A DNA stretch of 64,000 bases from Candidatus Microgenomatus sp. (GTDB lineage: Bacteria > Patescibacteriota > Microgenomatia > UBA8517), in the NCBI GenBank assembly GCA_020724585.1, contig DYGS01000001.1, positions 219,139 through 283,138 on the forward strand, read 5' to 3'. The stretch's first letter is position 1; each line of letters starts with the position of its first letter. Shown one piece after another: positions 38,493 to 48,111 of this stretch. The notes below the pieces were generated by a model. The model saw only the letters and a list, made by a program, of their open reading frames with translations, did not search any database and had not been told where the DNA came from. The position numbers and the translations under genes are program-made.

Positions 38493-39203
38493 ATGTCTTA
38501 TAAAATAGATGAGCTTTCGGTTTTCTTTCCAACCTATAATGAGGAAAAAAATATAAGAAGAACAGTGTTAAGGGCCAGGGCGGTTTTGACAAAAACAGCC
38601 AAAGTGTGGGAAATGCTTATAGTAAATGACGGTTCAAAGGACAAGACTTTCGAGATAGCCAAAAAATTAAGCCAAGAAGACAAGAGGATAAAATTAATTA
38701 ATCATGAGGTTAATAGAGGTTACGGTGCCGCTTTTAAATCCGGTTTTTATAATGCCAGTTATAGGTGGATTGCATTTACTGATTCTGATGGGCAGTTTGA
38801 TTTTTCTGAAATTGTTAATTTTATAGACAAGCAAAGGGAAACTAATGCAGATTTGGTAATAGGTTATTATAAAAAAAGACAAGTTTCAAAATTTAAGATT
38901 ATAACTTCAAAAATGTGGGAGCTGGCAGTTTTTTTGCTTTTTGGACTTCATGCGCGGGATATTGATTGCGGTTTCAAATTGGTTTCAAAGAAGGTTATTG
39001 AAAATATTCCAAAGTTGGAAAGTGAAAGAGGAGCTTTTATATCAAGTGAATTTTTAATAAAAGCCAAAAAAACAGGATTTAAAATAGTTGAAATTCCAGT
39101 TACGCATTACCCCAGAATTGCAGGTAAAGGCACAGGGAGAGATATTAAAGTAATTATTCAAAGTTTTGTTGATTTATTCAAATTATGGCACAAATTAAAT
39201 TAA
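38493..39203 (+). CDS. GT2 glycosyltransferase (dolichyl/polyprenyl-phosphate sugar synthase-like)
   Basis: LSVFFPTYNEE, VNDGSKDKT, FTDSDGQ. Confidence 0.85.
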   Translation: MSYKIDELSVFFPTYNEEKNIRRTVLRARAVLTKTAKVWEMLIVNDGSKDKTFEIAKKLSQEDKRIKLINHEVNRGYGAAFKSGFYNASYRWIAFTDSDGQFDFSEIVNFIDKQRETNADLVIGYYKKRQVSKFKIITSKMWELAVFLLFGLHARDIDCGFKLVSKKVIENIPKLESERGAFISSEFLIKAKKTGFKIVEIPVTHYPRIAGKGTGRDIKVIIQSFVDLFKLWHKLN

Positions 39204-40714
39204 AAATTAAAAATTTAAAATTTAAAATTGTCGATTTTGCAAAAGCAAATTGGATAATGATTCTAATTCTATTAATAGGTAGCTTCTTAAGATTATATAA
39301 AATTGACTCGTACATGACATTTCTTGGTGATGAGGGAAGGGATGTTTTAATTGTTAGAAATTTGTTAGTCAAAGCTGATCCAATTTTAATTGGTCCGGGG
39401 ACATCAGTTGGAGGAATGTATTTGGGGCCTCTTTATTACTATTTTATGGCACCATTTTTACTTCTTTCAAATTTTAATCCGGTTGGACCCGCAATTGCGG
39501 TTGCACTTTTAGGTATATTAACAATTTTTTTGGTTTATAAATTTGCCAAAGAGCTGTTCGGTGAAAGGATAGCTTTTATAGCATCCCTGCTATACGCCGT
39601 TTCACCCACGATTATTGTCTACTCGAGGTCTTCTTGGAATCCAAACATAATGCCATTTTTCTCACTTCTATCAATTTATTCTATTTGGAAAGTTTACAAA
39701 GAGAAAAAATACAACTGGCTAATTGTGACTGCCGTATCTTTTGCGTTTGTCATGCAATCTCACTACTTAGGGGTTTTGCTTGCACCGGTTATCTTATTGT
39801 ATTGGATTCTGACATTTAGAAATCATAAAAACTATGAACTAAAAACTAAAAACTTAATTCAAAAATCTGTTTTTTCTATTTTGATTTTTGGATTTCTCAT
39901 GTCTCCCCTTTTGATTTTTGACTTCCGCCACAATTTTTTGAATTCAAAAGCATTATACAAGTTTTTAACTGTCAGGGAGGAAACTGTTTCTATAAAGCCC
40001 TGGACGGCAATCCCCAAAAGTTATCCTATCTTTGAGCAAATCAATACCAGTCTGATAGCGGCAGGAAATAAAAAAATAGGAACTATTTCGACTTTAGCGA
40101 TTACAATTTTTGTTTTGTACAAATTATTAATTGACCGCAAAAAGAAAGATGAGTCGTTTCATTTGATAATATTCTGGTTGGCATTTGGCCTTATTGGATT
40201 TGGGTTATATAAACAGAATATTTATGATCATTATTTTGGTTTTTTGTTTCCAGTTGTTGTTATTTTAGCATCATATGTTTTGGGTCATATTTATTCAAGT
40301 CATTCAAAATTCTTAGTAATAATTATTTTGATAATTTTAATTTTTATAAATATAGATAATAGCCCGCTTAAATACCATCCAAATAATCAGATGCAAAGAA
40401 GTATTAATGTTGCCAATAAAATACTCGAAGTCACAAATGGCAAGCCATTTAACTTGGCGGTTTTGGCCGAAAGAAATTATGAGGATGGTTATAGATACTT
40501 TTTGGAATTAAATTCTGCCAAGGTACTGCATGCTGATAGGTGGGATAAATCAACAATATCTGATACCCTAATTGTAGTTTGCGAGATGGCTGAATCTAAA
40601 TGTGATCCTACTCATTCGCCAAAGGCTGAAGTTGCAAATTTTGGCTGGAGTAAAATCGAGTCGAAATGGATTGTTGATGGAGTTATAATATACAAATTGC
40701 TACACAATAAATAA
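39185..40714 (+). CDS. GT39/ArnT-like membrane glycosyltransferase (DxGRD motif)
   Basis: SYMTFLGDEGRDVLIVRNL first-loop motif; more than 10 TM helices. Confidence 0.75.
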   Translation: MAQIKLKIKNLKFKIVDFAKANWIMILILLIGSFLRLYKIDSYMTFLGDEGRDVLIVRNLLVKADPILIGPGTSVGGMYLGPLYYYFMAPFLLLSNFNPVGPAIAVALLGILTIFLVYKFAKELFGERIAFIASLLYAVSPTIIVYSRSSWNPNIMPFFSLLSIYSIWKVYKEKKYNWLIVTAVSFAFVMQSHYLGVLLAPVILLYWILTFRNHKNYELKTKNLIQKSVFSILIFGFLMSPLLIFDFRHNFLNSKALYKFLTVREETVSIKPWTAIPKSYPIFEQINTSLIAAGNKKIGTISTLAITIFVLYKLLIDRKKKDESFHLIIFWLAFGLIGFGLYKQNIYDHYFGFLFPVVVILASYVLGHIYSSHSKFLVIIILIILIFINIDNSPLKYHPNNQMQRSINVANKILEVTNGKPFNLAVLAERNYEDGYRYFLELNSAKVLHADRWDKSTISDTLIVVCEMAESKCDPTHSPKAEVANFGWSKIESKWIVDGVIIYKLLHNK

Positions 40715-40715
40715 T

Positions 40716-41723
40716 ATGAGATACATCCAATCCAATGAATTTAAAAAACTGATCGAAGATAATAATAAATTTGTTTTAAATTGTCATATTTCTCCTGACT
40801 TAGATTCTGTAGCAAGCGTTTGTGCAATGTCACAATACTTAAAATCGATAGATAAAGAATTTGATATTATATCAACCGATGTTATTCCTGAATCCTATAA
40901 ATACCTTCCTTACGCAGATAAAATAATACAGACAAAATTTGAAGATATAGAATTTAGTAAATATGATTGTTGGATTAGTCTTGATTCTGAACGATTAAAT
41001 CAAACAGGTTTATCATTCAAGCCAAAAATAAATATAATAAACATTGACCATCATCCAAAAAATGATATTGAAGGGACTGTAAATGTTGTGAATATTGAAT
41101 CCAGTTCTACTTGCGAGTTGCTGTTTGAATTATTTAATGATATCGATTTTAAAATTGATAAAACATTAGCAACTACATTACTATCTGGTGTTGTTTATGA
41201 TACAAACTTTTTCCAACAAAAAAATACTACGGCAGTAACACATTTTGTAGCATATAAATTAATGGAGTTGGGCGCTGACAATAATTATATAAATTTTAAG
41301 GTTAAAAGAAGTAATAGTATTGGAGTGATTAAATTGTGGGGAGAGTTCAATAAAAGACTGAAATTTGACAAGAGATATAATTTTGTTTGGACAGCAATAC
41401 CTTATAAGGTATATAGTAAAAATTTGGAAGATGTTAGCTCTACGGCCGAGTATTCAAATATGATTGCACGAACTGTTGTAGGTTCGAAATTTAGCATGGT
41501 AATGTCTGAAAAGTTGCCGAACAATTTAACTATGAGTATTAGATCAAGAGTTCCTGGTTTTGATGTTTCATTAATTGCACAGGAAATGGATGGAGGTGGG
41601 CACAAAGATGCAAGTGGTGCAGTAGTTAAAGGCCTTCCTTTCAAAGAAGCTGTAAAGGTTGCTTTAAAATATGCTAGAAAACATGCAAAACAAAATTTTG
41701 TTCCCGAAATACCTTTAGATTAA
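40716..41723 (+). CDS. DHH/DHHA1 phosphoesterase (NrnA-like)
   Basis: ISPDLDSVASV, NIDHHPKN, GGGHKDASG. Confidence 0.8.
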   Translation: MRYIQSNEFKKLIEDNNKFVLNCHISPDLDSVASVCAMSQYLKSIDKEFDIISTDVIPESYKYLPYADKIIQTKFEDIEFSKYDCWISLDSERLNQTGLSFKPKINIINIDHHPKNDIEGTVNVVNIESSSTCELLFELFNDIDFKIDKTLATTLLSGVVYDTNFFQQKNTTAVTHFVAYKLMELGADNNYINFKVKRSNSIGVIKLWGEFNKRLKFDKRYNFVWTAIPYKVYSKNLEDVSSTAEYSNMIARTVVGSKFSMVMSEKLPNNLTMSIRSRVPGFDVSLIAQEMDGGGHKDASGAVVKGLPFKEAVKVALKYARKHAKQNFVPEIPLD

Positions 41724-41725
41724 AT

Positions 41726-42742
41726 ATGAATTACCCTGAGTCTCAACTTGTTTTAGATGAAATTAAAAAGGCAAAAAGAATACTTCTAAATTGCCATACT
41801 AATCCTGATGCTGACAGTGTAGCGAGCGCATTTGCTTTAAATGAAGTTCTTAAGGTTCATTTTGAAAAGGATGTTACTATAATTTATCCAGATGGTCTCC
41901 CAGAAAATACAATGTTTATTAAAGATAGTTTGGAGGGAGAAGTTGTTTTAAAGAAAATTGATTTTAATACCTTCAATTTTTCAGAATATGATTTATTCAT
42001 TGCGCTTGATTCGAGTAGTTGGGACAGAGTTAGGGGTGGAGGTAATAATGAAAAAATTGATATAAAAACAATCGTTATAGACCATCATCACACAAACACG
42101 CGTTTTGGTAAAATTAACATCGTAGATGACGCTATGAGTTCTACTGCCGAACTATTATATTTTATATTTAATGACTGGGGTATAAACCCTGATGGCGAAT
42201 TTAATTACTCTTTTTATCAAACTGCATTATTGACTGGGATAATCAATGATACAGAGTGTTTCAGAACTAAGGTAGCTGATAGCAAAACGATGAAAGTTGT
42301 CTCTGACCTCATGAGATATTCTTCAAAAGATTTAATAATTCAGAATCTTTATCAGTCAAATTCTGTTACGACGTTAAAGTCAGTAAGTGATATGCTTGCA
42401 AACATTTCTATGGATGAGTCTAATAATTTTTGCTATACGTATATTAATTATGAAGAATACGTAAAAAATAATTTAGAAAGCTTTGCAAAAGATATGGTGG
42501 CCGACTTCTTTATTAATAGCGTAAACAAAACAGATTTTGGTTTTATTGCCGTTGAAAAGCAAAAGAATGAAATTTCTGTTAGTTTTAGAGCTAGGACAGA
42601 TTTTGATACCTCGGTAATTGCAATGGAATTAGGTGGGGGTGGCCACAAGATTAGATCTGCGGCAACTCTACGAAATATTAAATTTGAGGATGCATTGGAT
42701 AAAATACTAAGTACTTGTAGAAAATATGCTAGCAACAATTAA
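41726..42742 (+). CDS. DHH/DHHA1 phosphoesterase (NrnA-like), tandem paralog
   Basis: NPDADSVASA, VIDHHHTN, GGGGHKIRSAAT. Confidence 0.8.
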   Translation: MNYPESQLVLDEIKKAKRILLNCHTNPDADSVASAFALNEVLKVHFEKDVTIIYPDGLPENTMFIKDSLEGEVVLKKIDFNTFNFSEYDLFIALDSSSWDRVRGGGNNEKIDIKTIVIDHHHTNTRFGKINIVDDAMSSTAELLYFIFNDWGINPDGEFNYSFYQTALLTGIINDTECFRTKVADSKTMKVVSDLMRYSSKDLIIQNLYQSNSVTTLKSVSDMLANISMDESNNFCYTYINYEEYVKNNLESFAKDMVADFFINSVNKTDFGFIAVEKQKNEISVSFRARTDFDTSVIAMELGGGGHKIRSAATLRNIKFEDALDKILSTCRKYASNN

Positions 42743-44183
42743 GCGGTTGTATACACCTTGGAATTTGTTGATTTTAATTATTCTTCTAGTTGCTTTTGTC
42801 CTTCGTACTTATAGAATTTCTGAACTTTTGGGATTTTGGTACGACCAAGGGAGGGACGCTTTAGTTATTTGGGACCTTATTCACAATGGAAAGATGTTTT
42901 TGATAGGACCAATGATGGGTAATACGGGTATTTTTAGAGGTCCTTGGTATTATTATATGCTTGCTCCGTTTTACTATATTGGGGAAGGAAATCCCGTAAT
43001 TCCAGCTGTTTTTCTGGTTTTTCTTTCTGTAGTTGGTTTATATGTTTTATATAAGATAGCCGTTGAATTAGATGGAATAAAGCTGGCAGTTTTGTCAGTT
43101 ACTATTGCTTCGGTTTCATCTTATATAATCGGGGCATCAAGATGGCTTTCAAATCCTACCCCGACTCTATTAACCGGAGTCTTGTTTATTTATTTTATGT
43201 ATAGATTTTTGGAGAAAAAGAAATGGGCATTGCCCTTGGCTGTTTTTACAATTGGCATGGGATTAAACTTCGGTGCGGCAACGGAAGTTTATTTGGTACC
43301 TGCTCTTTTATTTATTCTTTATATTTTTAGAAAGAAATTAACATTTGATTGGAAAATTATTTCATTTTCCATTGGTTTGTTTGTTTTTTCATTTTTACCG
43401 CAGATTTTATTTGAAGTAAGACATGGCGGAGTTATGTCAAAAGCCTTTTATGATTTTGTAATAAACAAAAATTCATTTACATATAAGTTTTGGGAAATAC
43501 TGCCGCATAGAATGTTGGAATTTTATAATTTATTTTACTCAAAGTTTTGGGTAGATGGCGCACTTACATTTTTACCATTTTTTATAATATTTATTTTTTA
43601 TTTAGTTATTAATTTAAAGAGATATTGGGTTGACGATAAATTTAAGATATTGTTTATCGTATTTTTGTCTCCGTTTTTAGGAACTCTGTTTTTCGTGAGC
43701 AATCTTGGCGGATTTTATGATTATTATTTTACTGCATTTTATTTTATTTTTATATTATTTTTTTCATTTGTTTTACTGAAGACCAACAAAATATTTGTTT
43801 GCTTATTTTTATTAATCCTTATTTTTAAAAACACCTCAAATTATATGGAGAACTATTCTGTTGATATAAATAAATCTGATTTAATTTCGCTTAAAAGTCA
43901 AATTAGCGCAATTGAGTGGATCAGAAAAGATAGTGAAGGCAGTCAATTTAATGTAGATGTTTATGTTCCGCCTGTTGTCCCATATGCCTATGAATATCTG
44001 TTTTTATGGAGGAATTTAAGACAAAGCGAAAATCAAACAAGCCTGCTTTATACTTTAGTAGAAGCAGATCTCAATCACCCCGCTAGAATTGAGGCTTGGC
44101 TTAAAAGACAGGAAAAAATCGGCAACATTATATATGAACAAAGATTTGGGGGCATAACCGTACAAAGAAGAGAAAGAATATGA
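42726..44183 (+). CDS. GT39/ArnT-like membrane glycosyltransferase (DxGRD motif)
   Basis: LGFWYDQGRDALVIWDL; multi-TM. Confidence 0.75.
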   Translation: MLATIKRLYTPWNLLILIILLVAFVLRTYRISELLGFWYDQGRDALVIWDLIHNGKMFLIGPMMGNTGIFRGPWYYYMLAPFYYIGEGNPVIPAVFLVFLSVVGLYVLYKIAVELDGIKLAVLSVTIASVSSYIIGASRWLSNPTPTLLTGVLFIYFMYRFLEKKKWALPLAVFTIGMGLNFGAATEVYLVPALLFILYIFRKKLTFDWKIISFSIGLFVFSFLPQILFEVRHGGVMSKAFYDFVINKNSFTYKFWEILPHRMLEFYNLFYSKFWVDGALTFLPFFIIFIFYLVINLKRYWVDDKFKILFIVFLSPFLGTLFFVSNLGGFYDYYFTAFYFIFILFFSFVLLKTNKIFVCLFLLILIFKNTSNYMENYSVDINKSDLISLKSQISAIEWIRKDSEGSQFNVDVYVPPVVPYAYEYLFLWRNLRQSENQTSLLYTLVEADLNHPARIEAWLKRQEKIGNIIYEQRFGGITVQRRERI

Positions 44184-47100
44184 GTTTAAAAAAAATAGCA
44201 GTTATTTTCTTTTTGATAGTTGCCGTCGTTTGGGCAGGTAAAGGAATTTTTAAATATAATATTTTTAGTACTCATGACGGCAACCACCACTTATCAAGAG
44301 CCTATGATGCAATTCAAACAATTAAAGAAGGACATTTTCCTCTTCGTTGGGCGGGCAGTCTAAATTATCTCTGCGGGGTGCCTATTTTTAATTTTTTCTA
44401 CCCTTTAATTTATTATTTAGTAATTGGAATTAACTTTATCGGTTTTGATGTTATCCTCAGCTTTAAGCTTATTTATTTTTTATCGCTTCTTGTTGGTACT
44501 TTATTTTTCTATTTCTGGATGATGGTGGAAACAAAAAACAAACTGCCGTCGCTGGGCGGCGCATTTTTATATCTTTATGCTCCTTATAGATTTTCACTTA
44601 TTTTTGTAAGAGGCAGTCCAGAATTTTTAGCCTATGCCATTTTACCTGTTGTTTTGTATTTTTATTCAAAACTTGTATATGAAAAAGAAAACAAAAGTAT
44701 TTACTATGCTTTCGCCGCTAGTATTTCTGGCGCACTCCTTGCAATATCTCATAACTTTACCGTTATGTTTTTATTCCCGATAATACTTGGATATTTATTC
44801 CTTAAATATTTAACTGAAAAAATATCATTTTTAAAATTAAAATGGATCGCGCTTTCATTTATTAGTAGCTTTGGATTTTCAGCCTTTTTTATAGGCCCTG
44901 CTATTTTAGAGAAAAGATTTACCAGAATTGGAGAAAATTTTTTAATCTGGCAAGAACACTTTCCAACTTTAGGGCAATTAATAAGATCTCCTTGGGGTTA
45001 TTTTTATTCGTCTCAAGGGACTATCAATGACGGTATGAGTTTTATGCTGGGTTATGCCCATTGGGTAGTTTTATTGCTAGCCGCTGTCTTTATTATTTAT
45101 AGTCTTTTCAAGAATAAAGTTGATAAATGGTCAATATCTTTATTTGTTGTTTCCCTCTTTGTAATTTATTTAATCCTGCCCATTTCGATTCCTCTTTGGG
45201 AAAAGTTGCCTCTTTTGCAGGAAATTCAATTTTCTTGGAGGCTTTTAGGAGTTGCTGTTTTTACAATTAGCGCCTTATTTTCGTTTGTTTTAAATAGGAT
45301 TGAAAATAAAAAAATTATGGCTTTAATTTTTATCTTTATATCATTGCTGGCATATTATGGAAACAGGAATCATTTACTGCCGCAACCGGTTTCTGTTGAA
45401 GAAGTATATAAATATGATGACTACAATAAACTGCATCAACACCGATATTCAACCACCACGCTAGGCGATGATGTAATAGCTAAAGGCGCTAAGACTGCTT
45501 GCTGGTTTAATGATCCTTTTTTGTCAACGGATAGGGGAGAAATTAAACATAAAATTGTCGAGCAAGGAAATACTTATGGTTTTGTTAAATATGATCTAAG
45601 TCAAAAAAATTTAGAAACAAGTAAATTCGTAAAAGTTAAGCTGGGATTTTTCCCTGGCGCTTATAACTTTGAAGTTAATGGGCAAAAAGCAGATTCGTTT
45701 TCGTGTGATGGTAAAAACTGTTTTGATATTAGTTATTTTAAGACTGGTGAAAACACTTTGTCGTGGAAGATTGTTCAGACTCCAACACAAAAAATGTTTA
45801 ATATCTTAACCATATTGTTTTTGATAATGTGGATAATATTATTATTAATAAACAAATTTGGAAAAGATAAAAAAGGAAAAACATTTTTGCTTTCTCTTGT
45901 TATTGTTTTTCTGATATTTATTTTTTTTAGAACATATAACCTTGAAGGCAGACTTGGCTTTGGCTGGGATCAGGAAAGGGATATTATCGCAGTTAAGGAA
46001 ATACTTTCAGGTGATCTAAAATTAATTGGTCCAAGAGTCTATGGACCCGCAGGTTTTTTCCTGCCGCCATACTTTTTCTACATACTTGCGCCATTTTATT
46101 TTGCAGGCAATTTAAATCCATTTTCTGTTATTTGGTTTATCGCGGCCTCGTCCGTTTTATTTTTCATTTTGAGCTTCAAGATAATAACTCAAGTATTTAA
46201 TCAAAAAACCGCATTGTTTTTCTTGGGTTTATGGGCTGTCAATCCTCTTGCAATTTCGATTGATACAATAGCTTGGAATCCGATTTTTGTACCTCTATTA
46301 TTTTTGGCGGTGATTTACTTTTTCTATATTAGCTTAAAGACTTTGTCAGACAAAAACATTTTTCTATTGGGATTGTTTTTTGGTTTCGGAGTCAGTTTTC
46401 ATCTTCAGTTTATTTTTATATTTCCAATGCTTTTGCCAATTTTTTATAACATTTTTAATAATCGCGATCCCGCAAAATTTTTAAAGTTTCTAATAGGGGC
46501 CATTATTCCATTTCTGCCGATATTGATTTTTGATTTAAGACATGATTTCTTGAATTTTAAGCAGATATTTTTATTTGAAGGATTTGGCGGAAATTCTGTA
46601 AATAGACTTTTACCTGTTTGGGGAAATGTATCATCATTTATCTTTGGTGTGAATTCAAATATTTCTGTGGGGGTGATTGGCTACATCTTACTAATAGTCG
46701 GCTATTTACTGCTTTTTATAACAGCATTCAAGAAAACCACGGGCGATAAGCCTGTGGATGAATTGAACGCTGATATGTCATCCTCGTTTAGACGGATACC
46801 CCGCCAGTATGGTGGGGAGGATGTCATTAACGAAAAAAATAAAGAGCTAAAGCAAGTTTATTTAGGCTTATTTTTGGTAGTTATGGTTTCTCTTCCAATA
46901 TTTCGGTTTTTGATTAAAAATCCATCTGAATATTATTTTAATTATTTGATAGTTCCAATAATGATTTTAATTTCTATTTTATTCTCAAGATTGAAAAGAT
47001 CAGGTGTGGTGATATGCATCTTTATAATAATATATTTAGCTTTTAAAAGTTTTCCATTATTAAATGATGCGAATTTGGGATTGAAGCAAAAAAATAATGC

Positions 47101-47353
47101 CGTAGTTTTCTTAAATAAAATAACGAAAGATTCAGGGGCCTTTAATGTTTCTTTTGATGTGCCATTTAATGAAGATTCCGGTTTCAGGTATTTGCTAAAA
47201 TATAATAATGTTCCTGTAAGCGGGAAAGATAGTGATCCGTTAATTGAATTTGTTATACCTAGCAATAGAAAGAAAACCAGTTTTACCGTAGGTAGAATTG
47301 GTATAAGTATTCCTAGGGACTTTTTAAATGTTGGTTGGTTAGGTAAAATGTAA
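44180..47353 (+). CDS. fused double GT-C membrane protein: N-terminal half of the QFPWRF-type paralog family plus C-terminal GT39-like half
   Basis: N half: HDGNHH...RW...IQFSWRLLGVAVF, paralogous to the 59515, 61214 and 62863 genes. C half: GFGWDQERDIIAVKEIL, paralogous to the 39185 and 42726 genes. Confidence 0.7.
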   Translation: MSLKKIAVIFFLIVAVVWAGKGIFKYNIFSTHDGNHHLSRAYDAIQTIKEGHFPLRWAGSLNYLCGVPIFNFFYPLIYYLVIGINFIGFDVILSFKLIYFLSLLVGTLFFYFWMMVETKNKLPSLGGAFLYLYAPYRFSLIFVRGSPEFLAYAILPVVLYFYSKLVYEKENKSIYYAFAASISGALLAISHNFTVMFLFPIILGYLFLKYLTEKISFLKLKWIALSFISSFGFSAFFIGPAILEKRFTRIGENFLIWQEHFPTLGQLIRSPWGYFYSSQGTINDGMSFMLGYAHWVVLLLAAVFIIYSLFKNKVDKWSISLFVVSLFVIYLILPISIPLWEKLPLLQEIQFSWRLLGVAVFTISALFSFVLNRIENKKIMALIFIFISLLAYYGNRNHLLPQPVSVEEVYKYDDYNKLHQHRYSTTTLGDDVIAKGAKTACWFNDPFLSTDRGEIKHKIVEQGNTYGFVKYDLSQKNLETSKFVKVKLGFFPGAYNFEVNGQKADSFSCDGKNCFDISYFKTGENTLSWKIVQTPTQKMFNILTILFLIMWIILLLINKFGKDKKGKTFLLSLVIVFLIFIFFRTYNLEGRLGFGWDQERDIIAVKEILSGDLKLIGPRVYGPAGFFLPPYFFYILAPFYFAGNLNPFSVIWFIAASSVLFFILSFKIITQVFNQKTALFFLGLWAVNPLAISIDTIAWNPIFVPLLFLAVIYFFYISLKTLSDKNIFLLGLFFGFGVSFHLQFIFIFPMLLPIFYNIFNNRDPAKFLKFLIGAIIPFLPILIFDLRHDFLNFKQIFLFEGFGGNSVNRLLPVWGNVSSFIFGVNSNISVGVIGYILLIVGYLLLFITAFKKTTGDKPVDELNADMSSSFRRIPRQYGGEDVINEKNKELKQVYLGLFLVVMVSLPIFRFLIKNPSEYYFNYLIVPIMILISILFSRLKRSGVVICIFIIIYLAFKSFPLLNDANLGLKQKNNAVVFLNKITKDSGAFNVSFDVPFNEDSGFRYLLKYNNVPVSGKDSDPLIEFVIPSNRKKTSFTVGRIGISIPRDFLNVGWLGKM

Positions 47354-47355
47354 AT

Positions 47356-48111
47356 ATGGCTAAAAATATATATCTCTCGGTTGTTATTCCTGCATATAAC
47401 GAGGAGATAAACTTAAAAAGAGGAGTTCTTGACTCGGTTTTTAACTATCTGATAGCTAAGAAATTTATCTGGGAAGTAATAATTTCAAATGATTGTTCCA
47501 ATGATAAAACAAAGGAAATCGCGGAGGAATTTGTCAAAAAACACAAAGGTTTTAGACTTATAAACCAACCTGTTAATTTGGGCAAGGGCGGGAATGTCAT
47601 AGCAGGAATAAAAGAGGCAAGGGGAGAACATATCTTGTTTGCTGATATGGATCAATCAACCCCTATAAATCAGTTTGAATTGTTTATACCAAAATTTAAT
47701 GAAGGTTTTGATGTAGTTATTGGTTCAAGAAGTGGAAGACCTGGGCAGTCAATAATTAGAAAATTAATGGCCTATGGGTTTGTATTTTTGAGAACCATAA
47801 TTTTACGCCTTCCTTATAAAGATACACAATGCGGTTTTAAGGCTTTTACAAAAGAAGCTGCTAATAAAATATTTGAGAGAATGAAAATTTTTGGTCAAAA
47901 ACCAAGGTCGGGCAGGGGGTCAGTTACTGCTGGTTTTGATCTTGAAATGCTTTATATAGCGAGAAAATTGAAGCTTAAAGTTGCAGAGGTTCCTGTTGAG
48001 TGGTATGAATACGGACAGAGAAAGGAAGTCAACCCAATCAAGGATTCATGGGAGGGTTTGGTTGATCTTCTCAAAATTCGACTTAATGCAATTTTAGGAA
48101 GGTACAAATAA
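47356..48111 (+). CDS. GT2 glycosyltransferase (polyprenyl-phosphate sugar synthase-like)
   Basis: LSVVIPAYNEE, FADMDQS, VIGSR. Confidence 0.85.
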   Translation: MAKNIYLSVVIPAYNEEINLKRGVLDSVFNYLIAKKFIWEVIISNDCSNDKTKEIAEEFVKKHKGFRLINQPVNLGKGGNVIAGIKEARGEHILFADMDQSTPINQFELFIPKFNEGFDVVIGSRSGRPGQSIIRKLMAYGFVFLRTIILRLPYKDTQCGFKAFTKEAANKIFERMKIFGQKPRSGRGSVTAGFDLEMLYIARKLKLKVAEVPVEWYEYGQRKEVNPIKDSWEGLVDLLKIRLNAILGRYK

